The position numbers and the translations under genes were made by a program. Below, piece by piece: positions 10,635-21,029 of a stretch of 64,000 bases of DNA (the stretch's first letter is position 1; every line of letters starts with the position of its first letter). The DNA comes from Abditibacteriaceae bacterium. Lineage in GTDB: Bacteria; Armatimonadota; Abditibacteriia; Abditibacteriales; Abditibacteriaceae. Location of the stretch: NCBI GenBank assembly GCA_965277285.1, contig OZ255721.1, positions 2,720,001-2,784,000 of the forward strand, read 5' to 3'. The notes below the pieces were generated by a model. It was not told where the DNA came from and made no database searches. It saw only the letters and a list, made by a program, of their open reading frames with translations.

Positions 10635-10864
10635 AAAAGCCATTAGTTATTCCGGCGCAACGTGTCGTAGCACCGCAACTCGTCATTCTGAGCAAAGCGA
10701 AGAATCCCCTGAGGTTGAGCATAGAGTCAGGGGATTCTTCGCTTTGCTCAGAATGACAAACTTGCGCCATCCAGAATGACACGTTGCGGTGCGGTGACGA
10801 GTTGCAGTGCGGTGACGAGTTGCGGTGCTACGACACGTTGCGCCGGAATGACTAATGGCCTTTT
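10635..10864. repeat. Nested palindromic element: ~51-bp outer arms, inner 31-bp-stem family A hairpin, 18-bp tandem units
   Basis: 10635-10685 pairs with 10813-10864; inner gtcattctgagcaaagcgaagaatcccctga...tcaggggattcttcgctttgctcagaatgac at 10682-10757. Confidence 0.9.
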
Positions 10865-10945
10865 GAGATCATTTTTTCTGTTATCGAGTACTCGATTCAG
10901 TTGTTACGGCGTGCCTCAAGCGTCGTTTGTCATAAAATGAAACGC

Positions 10946-12391
10946 ATGTCTCTTTCCGCAACTGTTAAATCCATTCAAGACATTATGCGCCAGGATGCAG
11001 GCGTTGATGGCGATGCACAGCGCATTTCTCAACTGGCGTGGCTATTTTTTCTCAAAATCTTCGACGATCAGGAACAAGAACTCGAACTGTTGCGCGCCAG
11101 TTATCGATCGCCTTTGCCCGACCGTTTTCGCTGGCGCGCCTGGGCCGCCGATGCCGAAGGCGCGACTGGCGAAGAGTTGCTGAACTTTGTCAACAACGAC
11201 TTATTCGAGACTTTGAAAAGCCTGCCGACTGCGCCCAACAATCCGCGCGGCGTGGTCGTGCGTGAAGTGTTCCGCGACGCTTACAACTACATGAAGTCGG
11301 GGACGTTGCTGCGGCAAGTCGTCAACAAAATCAACGAGATCGACTTCAATTCGAGCCGCGACCGCCATTTATTCGGCGACATCTACGAACAAATCCTGCG
11401 CGATTTGCAAAGCGCCGGAAACGCGGGCGAATATTACACGCCGCGCGCCGTGACGCAGTTCATGGTCGAGATGACGAACCCGAAACTGGGCGAACGAGTA
11501 CTCGATCCGGCGTGCGGAACCGGCGGTTTTCTCACCGGCGCGATTGAACACATCCGACAACATTATGTTCGTACCGCCGACGATGAAGCAACGCTGCAAA
11601 GCCAGATTTTCGGCGTCGAAAAGAAGCCGTTGCCGCATCTGCTTTGCCTGACCAATATGTTGCTGCACGGCATCGAAGTGCCCAGTCAAATTCGTCACGA
11701 TAATACCTTGACGCGGCCTTTGCGCGATTACGGTTCGAGCGACAAAGTCCATGTCGTGCTGACCAATCCGCCGTTTGGCGGGACAGAAGAACCCGGCATC
11801 GAAGCGAACTTTCCCGCGACGTATCGCACGCGCGAAACCGCCGATTTGTTTCTGGTCTTGCTGGTTCATTTGCTGCGCGACGGCGGGCGCGCCGCGATTG
11901 TCTTGCCCGACGGCACGCTGTTCGGCGAAGGCGTCAAGACGCGCATCAAGGAACACCTGCTGCGCGAGTGCAATCTGCACACGATCGTGCGACTTCCCAA
12001 CGGCGTTTTCGCGCCTTATACCGGCATCAAAACCAACCTGCTGTTTCTGACCAAAGGCGAGCCGACGCGCGAAGTCTGGTATTACGAACATCGTTATCCC
12101 AAAGGCGTGAAATCGTATTCCAAAACCAAGCCAATTCGCTTGGACGAGTTCGCGCCGATCCGCGCATGGTGGCACAACCGCGAAGAAGGCGAGCAATCGT
12201 GGCGCGTCGATTTCGCCGAAGTTCACGCGCGCAATTTCAATCTGGATATTCCCAATCCGAACGCGCTGAGTTTGTCGAACCGCGACCCGCAGGAATTGCT
12301 CATTGAGTACTCGAACGCGTTGCAAAAAGCCACCGAACTGCGCGAAAATCTGCGAAAGGTTATTGAAAACGCATTGACATCAAGAGAGTAA
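10946..12391 (+). CDS. hsdM: Type I R-M methyltransferase subunit (EcoAI/type IB-like)
   Basis: 'DAGVDGDAQRISQ', 'GEYYTPR', motif I 'DPACGTGGF', motif IV 'NPPF'. Confidence 0.95.
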   Translation: MSLSATVKSIQDIMRQDAGVDGDAQRISQLAWLFFLKIFDDQEQELELLRASYRSPLPDRFRWRAWAADAEGATGEELLNFVNNDLFETLKSLPTAPNNPRGVVVREVFRDAYNYMKSGTLLRQVVNKINEIDFNSSRDRHLFGDIYEQILRDLQSAGNAGEYYTPRAVTQFMVEMTNPKLGERVLDPACGTGGFLTGAIEHIRQHYVRTADDEATLQSQIFGVEKKPLPHLLCLTNMLLHGIEVPSQIRHDNTLTRPLRDYGSSDKVHVVLTNPPFGGTEEPGIEANFPATYRTRETADLFLVLLVHLLRDGGRAAIVLPDGTLFGEGVKTRIKEHLLRECNLHTIVRLPNGVFAPYTGIKTNLLFLTKGEPTREVWYYEHRYPKGVKSYSKTKPIRLDEFAPIRAWWHNREEGEQSWRVDFAEVHARNFNLDIPNPNALSLSNRDPQELLIEYSNALQKATELRENLRKVIENALTSRE

Positions 12392-12610
12392 CGTTGCCTC
12401 GGGAGAGTAACGTTGCCTCGGGGGATGTTTCACTGCGTTCAACATGACGGAGTGCGCTTCTCTATCATTCTGAGCGAAGCGAAGAATCCCCCGCAACTTC
12501 CCGTCATGTTGAGCGCAGCGAAACATCCCCCAACTCTATGTTAAACCTCAGGGGATTATTCACTACGTTCAGAATGTCGGCATAGCGAGAATGACGGCGC
12601 GTGGAATGAC
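12384..12610. repeat. 19-bp tandem duplication plus mosaic of REP-like units A (GTCATTCTGAGCGAAGCGAAGAATC) and B (GTCATGTTGAGCGCAGCGAAACATC)
   Basis: gagagtaacgttgcctcgg x2 (12384-12421); B reverse 12424-12448; A at 12464; B at 12503; A reverse at 12551. Confidence 0.85.
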
Positions 12611-12624
12611 ACCAAAGTAAAACA

Positions 12625-12930
12625 ATGACTTCACAACATTTCTGGGTTTACATCATGGGTGGCGCGGGCCAAACGATTTACATCGGCGTCACCAACGATC
12701 TGACTCGTCGCGTGTGGGAGCACAAAAGCCAAACGGTGAAAGGATTTACGCGAAAATATAATCTCGACAAATTGCTCTTTTATGTCGAGTTCAACAATCC
12801 AGCCGAAGCCATCGCTTACGAAAAGAAAACCAAAGGCTGGACTCGCGCCAAAAAAGACGCACTGATTGATGAGTTGAACCCGCAACGACGCGACCTGGCG
12901 GCAGAATGGTTTGCAAACAAAACGGAGTAA
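12625..12930 (+). CDS. Small stand-alone GIY-YIG nuclease family protein (UPF0213-like)
   Basis: 'WVYIM...IYIGVTNDLTRRVWEHK...FTRKYN...EAIAYEKKTKGWTRAKK...NP' signature. Confidence 0.92.
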   Translation: MTSQHFWVYIMGGAGQTIYIGVTNDLTRRVWEHKSQTVKGFTRKYNLDKLLFYVEFNNPAEAIAYEKKTKGWTRAKKDALIDELNPQRRDLAAEWFANKTE

Positions 12931-12976
12931 AGCAAATTTCCCGTCATTTCAATTTCTTGTCGTCTTGACCTACGCC

Positions 12977-13148
12977 GTCATTCTGAACGTAGTGAAGAAT
13001 CCCCCAACTCTATGTTAAACCTCAGGGGATTCTTCACTACGTTCAGAATGACAGCAAAGCGCAGAACGACAGCAAAGCGCAGAACGACAGCAAAGCGCAG
13101 AATGACAGCAAATACACGCTGTCATGTTGAGCGCAGCGAAACATCCCC
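12977..13148. repeat. REP-like hairpin A, 18-bp tandem array and unit B
   Basis: 28-bp stem at 12977-13052; cagaaYgacagcaaagcg x~4 (13044-13112); unit B at 13121-13148. Confidence 0.85.
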
Positions 13149-13159
13149 TTCAATTTTTC

Positions 13160-13996
13160 ATGTCCGATTTACTACCATTCCTCCAACCCGACGTGTGGGA
13201 ACAATTGCTGCGCGTCCCCAACGCCGTCGCCCGTTTGCGCGGCTTGATTTTAGGTCTCGCCGTGCGCGGACAATTGGTGCCGCAAAACGCCGACGATGAA
13301 CCCGCGCAACTTTTGGTCAAGCGCATCGCCGCGCAACGCGAGCAAATGGTGCGCGACAAGAAAATCCGTGCCACCGAAACGCTACCGCCAATCGAAGAAA
13401 GCGAAAAACCGTTTGCTTTGCCGCAAAGTTGGGAATGGGTTCGTTTGCGCGAAGTAACGCACGATCTTGGACAAATGCAGCCACAAGAACGATTCACTTA
13501 CATTGATGTGACAAGCATTGACAAAGAGCACGGCGTAATTTCAAATGAAGTTCGAGTACTCGAAGCCGACGAAGCGCCATCTCGAGCACGCAAAATCGTC
13601 GCGCAGAACACAGTTATTTATTCGATGGTTCGTCCGTATTTGTTAAACATTGCCGTCATCAACCGCGAGTTTGAGCCGGAACCAATTGTCAGCACAGCTT
13701 TCGCAGTTCTTCATCCATTCAGCGGATTAGATTCACGTTTTCTATTTTTCTATACGCGAAGCCAACCATTCACAGATTTCGTTTCATCGAAAATGGTTGG
13801 CATGGCTTACCCAGCAATCAGCGACGGAGACTTGCGACCTGCGCCGATTCCTCTTCCACCACTGACAGAACAAAAGCGCATTGTGGCGAAAGTGGACGAG
13901 TTGATGGCATTGTGCGACGACTTGGAAGCGCAACTGAGACAAGCGCAGGAAACCGGAACGGCGTTGTGGCAAGCGATTGTGGCGAACGATGAATGA
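13160..13996 (+). CDS. hsdS: Type I R-M specificity subunit, half length (single target recognition domain)
   Basis: 'LRGLILGLAVRGQLVPQ..DEPA', 'LPQSWEWVRL', 'PLPPLTEQKRIVAKVDELMALCD'; only 278 aa. Confidence 0.9.
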   Translation: MSDLLPFLQPDVWEQLLRVPNAVARLRGLILGLAVRGQLVPQNADDEPAQLLVKRIAAQREQMVRDKKIRATETLPPIEESEKPFALPQSWEWVRLREVTHDLGQMQPQERFTYIDVTSIDKEHGVISNEVRVLEADEAPSRARKIVAQNTVIYSMVRPYLLNIAVINREFEPEPIVSTAFAVLHPFSGLDSRFLFFYTRSQPFTDFVSSKMVGMAYPAISDGDLRPAPIPLPPLTEQKRIVAKVDELMALCDDLEAQLRQAQETGTALWQAIVANDE

Positions 13997-14147
13997 TGAA
14001 TATCGAGTACTCGAATACAGAAGCAACGTGTCATTCTGAGCGCAGCGAAGAATCCCCTGAGGTTTAGCATAGAGTTGGGGGATTCTTCGCTGCGCTCAGA
14101 ATGACACGTTGCTTCTGTATTCGAGTACTCGATATTCATCATTCATC
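13988..14147. repeat. 160-bp palindrome with 70-bp perfect arms (family A core plus two TCGAGTACTCGA)
   Basis: 13988-14057 is the reverse complement of 14078-14147; 20-nt loop. Confidence 0.95.
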
Positions 14148-14156
14148 ATTTGCTGT

Positions 14157-16520
14157 TCATGCGGCTTGCGGTTCGCTTTCCTGGTTCTCGTCGTCACGGT
14201 AGATTTCGTTTTCGAGTTCGCGCAAAGCCGCAAAATAGCCGTCGCGCCCGCCGAAATGTTTGACGATTTCCATCGGTGTTCCCAGGTTGAGCAATTTCAA
14301 CACGCCCATATCCTCGATGTTTTCGATTCCGGCATCGGCGTATTTATCCAGCAGCGCATCGAGTACTCGTTTCGCGTCTTTGCCATAGCGTGCAAAGACA
14401 TCGCGCTTTTTGACGTTGAGCGCGCGTTCGCGGCGCGTCAAAGCCGGACGATCAAACGCGACGTGACAGACCAGATCGAACGCATCGTAATCCACGCCGA
14501 CTTCACTCGCCAACGCGTCGAGCAACAAGCCATGCTGCTGCATCTCGACCATCATCGCGTCTTTGCGATTCGCCTGACTCCAGCGCCGCAGAAACTCATC
14601 CAATGAACCGAACTCCTGGCGCGCGGCTTTGCGCGTGTAGTCGCGCAACGATTCCGTGATGAGCTTGCCGTCGCTGCCATAATATTGCACGCGTTCGGCA
14701 GCGACGCGCACTTCGACATCGCCCACGAAATACTTGCGCGGTCGGCCTTTGTCGTCAATGTCCCATGTAATATCGGGCGTTTCAACTTCGAGTACTCGAT
14801 TGTCGTCGCCAAGATCATCGGGCGGCACAATTGGGTCATTTTCTCCTGCGACATAGATTTGCACCGGATCACCATCGAAATCGCGGTCGGCGAAACGGTT
14901 CGTGGCCTGCTTGAAATCCATAATGGTGAAGAACCATTTGCCGTGTTCTTCGTTGACGCGCGTGCCACGCCCGATAATCTGCTTGAACTCGGCTATGCTT
15001 TCGACGCGCCTGTCCAGCACGATGAGTTTGCAAGTTTGCGCGTCCACACCGGTCGTCATCAGGCGCGAAGTCGTGACCAGAACAGGATAGCGGCTTTCCA
15101 GCAAAATGAAGTTGTCCAGTTCAGCTTTGCCTTCAGGATTGTCGCCAGTGATGCGCATGACATAACGCCCGTCTTTCGCGTACTCGTCGGCGTTTTCATT
15201 GACCAGCGCCTGACGCATTCGCTCGGCGTGATTGATGTCTTCGCAAAAGATAATGCTTTTGGCAAAACGGTCGGTTTGCTTGAGAAACTCCGACACCTTG
15301 CGCGCGACAACCAAGGTGCGCTGTTCAAGTACTAAATTGCGGTCGAAGTCGCGCGCGTTGTAAATGCGGTCTTCGATTTCATGGCCGTAGCGATCCTTCT
15401 TGCCGCTTTCGGGACGCCAGCCCGACATATCGCGGTCAAGGTCAACGCGAACCACTTTATAAGGCGCTAAGAATCCGTCTTCAATGCCTTGCTTCAACGA
15501 ATAGGTGTAAATTGGTTCGCCGAAATAGGCGCTGTTGGAAACTTCTTTGGTTTCGCGCGGCGTCGCCGTCAAGCCGATTTGCGTGGCAGCCGAAAAGTAT
15601 TCGAGAATCTCGCGCCACGCGCTGTCTTCGGCTGCGCTGCCCCGGTGACATTCATCGACGACGATCAAATCGAAAAAATCGCGCGAGAACTGCCGGTAAA
15701 TGTTCTGCGCGTCTTCGGTTCCCGTCACGGCTTGATAAAGCGCGAGATAAATTTCATACGACTTGTCAATTTGACGATTGGTGATTTTCGTCATCGCCGC
15801 GCCGAATGGCTTGAAGTCGTTGGTGCGCGTTTGATCGACCAAAATATTGCGGTCGGCCAAGAATAAAATGCGCTTCTTTTGCTTCGATTTCCACAATCGC
15901 CAAATAATCTGAAAGGCCGTGAAGGTTTTGCCGGTTCCGGTTGCCATGACGAGCAGCAAACGATTTTGTCCGGTTGCAACCGCTTCGGTCGTGCGATTGA
16001 TGGCGATGTTTTGATAATAGCGCGAAGTTTTGCCGCTGCCGTCATCGTAATAATCCTGCGCGATGACCTGGCGCGTCATTTCATCCCAGCCTTTCCAAGC
16101 GCAGTAGCGATTCCATAATTCGTCGGGCGAGGGAAACTCGTTGAGCGCAATTTCGCGTTCCAAAACGCCATCGGTTTGCGTCAAATCGTGTTCGACAAAA
16201 CCGTCGCCGTTGGAAGAATAAGCGAATGGCAAATCAAGCGTTCGTGCGTAATCCAATGCCTGTTGCATTCCATCGCCGACAAAGTGCTTGCCGTCTTTGG
16301 CTTCGACAACGGCGAGGGGAATGTTCGGCTTGAGATAAAGGATGTAATCGGCGCGTTTGGCCTCGCCGCGCGCCGCCAGTTGGCCGCGCACATGAATGCG
16401 CCCTTTGGTGAACGAAACTTCTTCGCGCAATTGCGTTTGCGTGTCCCAACCCGCACCAGCAATCGCGGGCGTGATGAACTTGGTGCAAATATCCCGTTCA
16501 CTCAAGGCGTTTTTGTTCAT
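14157..16520 (-). CDS. hsdR: Type I R-M restriction subunit (EcoAI/EcoEI-like)
   Basis: 'ADYILY..LAVVEAK' nuclease motif, 'MATGTGKT', 'DECHRG', 'GLTATP', '[10 protein letters not shown]'. Confidence 0.95.
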   Translation of the reverse strand: MNKNALSERDICTKFITPAIAGAGWDTQTQLREEVSFTKGRIHVRGQLAARGEAKRADYILYLKPNIPLAVVEAKDGKHFVGDGMQQALDYARTLDLPFAYSSNGDGFVEHDLTQTDGVLEREIALNEFPSPDELWNRYCAWKGWDEMTRQVIAQDYYDDGSGKTSRYYQNIAINRTTEAVATGQNRLLLVMATGTGKTFTAFQIIWRLWKSKQKKRILFLADRNILVDQTRTNDFKPFGAAMTKITNRQIDKSYEIYLALYQAVTGTEDAQNIYRQFSRDFFDLIVVDECHRGSAAEDSAWREILEYFSAATQIGLTATPRETKEVSNSAYFGEPIYTYSLKQGIEDGFLAPYKVVRVDLDRDMSGWRPESGKKDRYGHEIEDRIYNARDFDRNLVLEQRTLVVARKVSEFLKQTDRFAKSIIFCEDINHAERMRQALVNENADEYAKDGRYVMRITGDNPEGKAELDNFILLESRYPVLVTTSRLMTTGVDAQTCKLIVLDRRVESIAEFKQIIGRGTRVNEEHGKWFFTIMDFKQATNRFADRDFDGDPVQIYVAGENDPIVPPDDLGDDNRVLEVETPDITWDIDDKGRPRKYFVGDVEVRVAAERVQYYGSDGKLITESLRDYTRKAARQEFGSLDEFLRRWSQANRKDAMMVEMQQHGLLLDALASEVGVDYDAFDLVCHVAFDRPALTRRERALNVKKRDVFARYGKDAKRVLDALLDKYADAGIENIEDMGVLKLLNLGTPMEIVKHFGGRDGYFAALRELENEIYRDDENQESEPQAA

Positions 16521-16588
16521 GGTCGTATTCTCACTGACTCCATCATCACTGTGCCATGCGGAACGAGGTTAAGAATCCACAATATCCC

Positions 16589-16862
16589 ATCGTTTTGAGC
16601 GCAGCGAAGAATCTTGTGCAGTAACCCGTCATGTTGAGCGCAGCGAAATATCCCCTTGGGTTCACATTGAATTAAAGGGGATGTTTCGCTGCGCTCAACA
16701 TGACGAAGTTCCTTGCCGCTCCGCCCATTTACCGTTCTGCCTATCTGTCATTCTGAACGGAGCGAAGAATCCTCTGCAACTTCCCGCCATGTTGAGCGTA
16801 GCGAAACATCCCCAAAGTCCAACAGAGGCGTCAGGGGATTCTTCACTCCGTTCAGGATGACA
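16589..16862. repeat. BIME-like mosaic of REP units A and B
   Basis: B hairpin at 16627-16705; A+B composite at 16747-16813 resembles 12464-12530; A reverse at ~16834-16861. Confidence 0.85.
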
Positions 16863-16899
16863 GTTCAAAATGACACGAGTTGCAGTGACGTCAACAGCT

Positions 16900-19800
16900 T
16901 TAAGCCGCCAAAACTTCACTTTCCTCGCGCGTTCGAGTACTCGATTCGCTGCCGTCGTCATCCACCAACTTGACCGACACGATTTTGGAAACGCCCTGAT
17001 CTTGCATCGTGACGCCGTATAAAACATCCGCCGCTTGCATCGTTCCGTTGTTGTGCGTGATGACGATGAACTGCGTTTTGTCGGTGAATTCGCGCAGCAG
17101 TTGAGAAAAACGTCCGACGTTGCTTTGATCCAACGGCGCATCGACTTCATCCAAAACCACAAACGGGCTGGGATGAACACGCAGCAACGCCAACATAAAA
17201 CTCAACGCTGTCAAAGCGCGTTCGCCGCCTGAAAGCAGCGAAATATCCTGCGCGCCTTTGCCTGGCGGTTGCACGCGCAAATCGATGCCGGTTTCCAGAA
17301 GATTATCGGGGTCGGTCAGCGTCAGTTGCGTCGAGCCGCCATCGAAAACGCGCTGGAACAGTTCATCGAAAGCGACTTGCACACCTTTGAACGTCGCCAT
17401 GAAACGTTCGCGCGTGCGGCCATCAATGTCGGCGATGATGTCTTCTAATTGCGCGCGCGACGTGTTCAAATCGTCGCACTGCGTAGTGAGAAAATCCAAG
17501 CGTTCTTTGACTTGCTCGTGCTGCTCAATCGCGCCAACGTTGACGTGTCCTAAACCGCCAACTTTTTCTTTCAAGACTTCGATTTCGTCGAGCGCGCTTT
17601 GCTTGCTTTCGATGTCATCGCGGTGCGGCAACGCCAGTTCAACACTCATCGAAAACTCTTCCTCGAAGCGACGTTCCAGGTCGGCGATTTCAGTTTCGGT
17701 CGAGGCGAGTTTCACTTCGGTGCGATGCAGTTCGTCTTCGGCTTCGTGCAACTTGGCGCGCGAAAGGCGCAATTGAGTACTCGTTTCCTGCACTTTCGCC
17801 AAACCACTTTGACGGTTTTCGCGCCATTGAATCAAGGCTTTTTCCAGTTCGTCGCGGCGCGTTTGCAACTGCGCCAGGTTGCTGATGTGTTCGGCTTCGC
17901 GCGAAATCAGCAATTGATCTTCGCCGGACGCGCGCGCAATCGTCGCTTGCTTGCTTCCGATTTGAGCCGTGAACTCGCGGATTTGGCGTTCGAGTTCGGC
18001 CACGGCGCGGCGCATGGCGCTTTGGCGTTCCTGCGTCGCGGAGTATTCGGCGCGCACGTCGGCTACGCCGTTCGCCACTTCGTCGCGCTCGCTTTGACGC
18101 TGCGCCACAATTTTTTGCGCAGACGCGACTTCAGCATCCAAAAGGCGCGCTTCATTGTCCAAACGCTTCGCTTCGCTTTCATGATCGTCCTGCGACGATT
18201 GGCGACTTTCGACTTTGTGTTTGATAGCCGCGATTTGCGATTGCGTCGCTTCCACGTTGGTTTTCACGCGTCGTGCTTCGCGTTCGCCGTGCTCGACTTC
18301 GCGCTCCTGACGCGCGATTTGCGAACGCACTTCGTTCGCGTTTTCCTGTCTGGCACGCAAGGCGTTTTGTGCGACTTCAATTCGTTCGCGCAAGGTTTGC
18401 AAGTCTTGGGTGCGGCTTTCGAGTACTCGATTGAGTTCTTCGCCGCGCGCTTCGAGTTCGTCCAATTCGCGTTTACGCGCTAAAAGTCCGCTGGATTTCG
18501 CTTTGCCTTGACCGCCGGTAATCGCGCCCGCTGGCAAAACCAATTCGCCGTCAATGGTAACCAAGCGCATTCCGCCGTCGCAGCGTTTGGCGAGATTAAT
18601 TGCGGTTTCCAAATCGTCCACGATGATGAAACGACCAAGCAGGTATTCGACCGCTGGCTCGAAGAAATCGTCGCACGAAACTAAATCCGCCGCGATGCCG
18701 CGCACGCCACGTTCCTGCAAAAGTCGCTTCGTCTTTTCCGTCGTTTCGTTGATGCGCAGGTTGTTCAACGGCAAAAACGTGGCGCGTCCGGCCTGATTGG
18801 TTTTGAGGTAAGCAATCGCGGTTTTGGCGTCCGTGTCGTGTGCGCAAACCAAGTTGTTGATGTTGGCGGCGAGCGAAACTTCAATCGCCTGCTCGAGTTC
18901 TTTGGGAGCGCGCACGATGTCGGCGACCAGCGTATATTCGTCGGGAAGTTGGCCACGTTTGACGGCGCTCAAGACCGAACGCGCGCCGCCCTGCACACCT
19001 TCCAGGTTTTCTTCCAGTTCGCGCAACGTCTTTAAGCGGCTTTGACTTCCCGAACGTTCTTCGCGCGCCTTGGAAAGTTCGTCAGACGCTTTCGAGTACT
19101 CGATTTGCGCACTTTGAACGGTTTCGCGCGCGGCTCCAACTTCAATTTCTACGGCTTTGGCTTTGTCGCGCGACGTTTGCAATTCGTCGCGCGTGCGCGT
19201 TTGCATCTGCGTGACGTTGGCGTTTTCTTCGTTCAGCGACGACAAGAGTTTTTCTAAATCTTGCAAGCGGTTTTGCAAGGCTTGCGCTTCGGCGCGTCCA
19301 CCGGCGGCAGCTTCGCGTTTTTGTTGACCAGCGCGCATCAGTTCAATGACGCGACTTTGCTTTTGTTGCAATTCGCGCGTCGCTTCACTTAATGCAGCAA
19401 CGGCTGCGCCAAGTTTCGCTTCGGCATCGGCGGCGCCACTTGAAAGATTTCCCGAATCGCGCACGGCTTCGTCCAGTTCGCGTCTTTGCGTCGTCGCACT
19501 TTCCTGCGCGGCGTTGATTCTGGCGCGCAAAAGTCCGATTTCCTGAGCCTGAAACTCCTGCTGTTCGGTCAGGGCGCGACGGCGTTCGCGCGCGACAGCG
19601 ATGGTGCCTTCAGTCGCTTTCAAGCGCGACACAACGTCCGTCGTTTCACTTTGCAAACTGTCCATTTGCGCTTCGAGTTCGCGCATCTGCGCTTCGAGAG
19701 TTCGTTCGGCGTTTTCCAGGTTTTCGATGCGATCCGTTTCAAAATGAACCGTGCGACTGGACAACGTTTTGGTTTCGTCCAAGGCGACTTTGCGCTTCTG

Positions 19801-20511
19801 TCGGACATCGTATTCACGCGCCAGAATCGCCAGTTGCAGTTCGCGTAAACGTCGTGCGTAATTGTCGTATTCGCGCGCGAGTTCGGCTTGTTGCGCGAGC
19901 GGCAAAAGCTGACTTTCGAGTTCGGTTGTAATATCGAGTACTCGAAGCAAATCGGTTTCGACGTGATCGAGTTTGCGCCGCGTTTCGCTTCGCCGCGCGC
20001 GATATTTCTGCACGCCCGCCGCGCCTTCGATGAGACCGCGACGATCTTCGGCTTTGGCGCTCAAGATCGAATCAATTTCGCTTTGCGAGATGATGGTATA
20101 AGCGTCAGGCCCAACGCCGGTATCGAGGAACAAATCGGTCACATCACGCAGACGCGATTTCGCTTTGTTGATGGAATATTCGCTTTCGCCATCGCGGAAA
20201 ATGCGGCGCGTCACCTGAACTTCAGGAAAGTCGAGCGGCAAAGTTTTGTCGGCGTTGTCGAAAAACAGCGAGACTTCAGCCATTCCCATCAGCTTGCGGT
20301 CGGCGGCGCCGTTAAAAATCACATCGGTCGGCGCATGACCGCGCAACGCTTTGTGCGAGCGTTCGCCCAGCGCCCACAAAATGCCGTCCACGATGTTCGA
20401 TTTACCGGAACCATTTGGTCCGACAATGGCGGTAATGCCTTGGCCAAATGTCAGAGAAGTATCGTCAGCGAAGGTTTTGAAACCGGACAGCGCGAGAGAT
20501 TTGAGGTACAT
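16900..20511 (-). CDS. smc: Chromosome segregation protein SMC
   Basis: 'GFKTF', Walker A 'GPNGSGKSN', coiled coils, hinge 'GRATFLPL', 'LSGGE', 'LDEVDAPLD'; start re-called at ATG 20511. Confidence 0.97.
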   Translation of the reverse strand: MYLKSLALSGFKTFADDTSLTFGQGITAIVGPNGSGKSNIVDGILWALGERSHKALRGHAPTDVIFNGAADRKLMGMAEVSLFFDNADKTLPLDFPEVQVTRRIFRDGESEYSINKAKSRLRDVTDLFLDTGVGPDAYTIISQSEIDSILSAKAEDRRGLIEGAAGVQKYRARRSETRRKLDHVETDLLRVLDITTELESQLLPLAQQAELAREYDNYARRLRELQLAILAREYDVRQKRKVALDETKTLSSRTVHFETDRIENLENAERTLEAQMRELEAQMDSLQSETTDVVSRLKATEGTIAVARERRRALTEQQEFQAQEIGLLRARINAAQESATTQRRELDEAVRDSGNLSSGAADAEAKLGAAVAALSEATRELQQKQSRVIELMRAGQQKREAAAGGRAEAQALQNRLQDLEKLLSSLNEENANVTQMQTRTRDELQTSRDKAKAVEIEVGAARETVQSAQIEYSKASDELSKAREERSGSQSRLKTLRELEENLEGVQGGARSVLSAVKRGQLPDEYTLVADIVRAPKELEQAIEVSLAANINNLVCAHDTDAKTAIAYLKTNQAGRATFLPLNNLRINETTEKTKRLLQERGVRGIAADLVSCDDFFEPAVEYLLGRFIIVDDLETAINLAKRCDGGMRLVTIDGELVLPAGAITGGQGKAKSSGLLARKRELDELEARGEELNRVLESRTQDLQTLRERIEVAQNALRARQENANEVRSQIARQEREVEHGEREARRVKTNVEATQSQIAAIKHKVESRQSSQDDHESEAKRLDNEARLLDAEVASAQKIVAQRQSERDEVANGVADVRAEYSATQERQSAMRRAVAELERQIREFTAQIGSKQATIARASGEDQLLISREAEHISNLAQLQTRRDELEKALIQWRENRQSGLAKVQETSTQLRLSRAKLHEAEDELHRTEVKLASTETEIADLERRFEEEFSMSVELALPHRDDIESKQSALDEIEVLKEKVGGLGHVNVGAIEQHEQVKERLDFLTTQCDDLNTSRAQLEDIIADIDGRTRERFMATFKGVQVAFDELFQRVFDGGSTQLTLTDPDNLLETGIDLRVQPPGKGAQDISLLSGGERALTALSFMLALLRVHPSPFVVLDEVDAPLDQSNVGRFSQLLREFTDKTQFIVITHNNGTMQAADVLYGVTMQDQGVSKIVSVKLVDDDGSESSTRTREESEVLAA

Positions 20512-21029
20512 ATTGCGAGGAAAATCGAGTACTCGAAAGCGTCTTGAAAGCGAATGTTGGCGCGACTTGGTGTAGGGAATTATAGTAGTAAGAATCAATT
20601 TGTGAAACTCATAGCAGGGAGGCTGACGCCCTCTTTCAATCGGTTACATGCACATTTGATTGGAAGAGGGCGTCAGCCCCGCTTTTCTCATTGGCGAAAG
20701 TCGTGCGCCATAGAAGAAAGGAAGTTCTATTTGAATGCAATGTGGTTGTAACAACTCTGCGCTAAAATAAACGTCATTCCGCTGCGAAACTTTGCTTTCG
20801 CCTTTGCCAAATCTCTCGCAGATTGCTCTTTCGAGATTTAGGCGTCGCACCTCTTTTTCATTTCCCCGCTGTTTCTCGCGCCGCATCGCCATGCTCGCTC
20901 GACTTGTTTTCTCGACAATCGAGTACTCGAACGCTTTGCGCCGCACTCCTCGATTCGTGACGCAAAAGGCGAATTCTCCTATTCGCAAGGGCGTCGCGCC
21001 TCGCTATTTCCTCCTGATCGTTTCCAATA

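Noticed and set aside
12391..13148. CRISPR array or ncRNA/tRNA in the repeat clusters
   Set aside because: Units occur in both orientations, loops are shared rather than unique spacers, no cas genes are present and no cloverleaf was seen.
13012..13299. ORFs with RRTTAK repeats or 'CHSERSEES' peptides (also 10600-10782, 13807-14142, 16695-17180)
   Set aside because: Translations of the REP-like repeats.
10946..16520. TCGAGTACTCGA as the target of the local type I R-M system
   Set aside because: Type I sites are bipartite with a 5-8 nt unspecific spacer, whereas the motif's centre appears conserved; restriction also tends to deplete sites. Not excluded without a methylome.
10635..16862. Integron attC cassette array
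   Set aside because: No integrase in the window; stems are perfect and lack the R-box/extrahelical-base pattern; hsdR is oppositely oriented.
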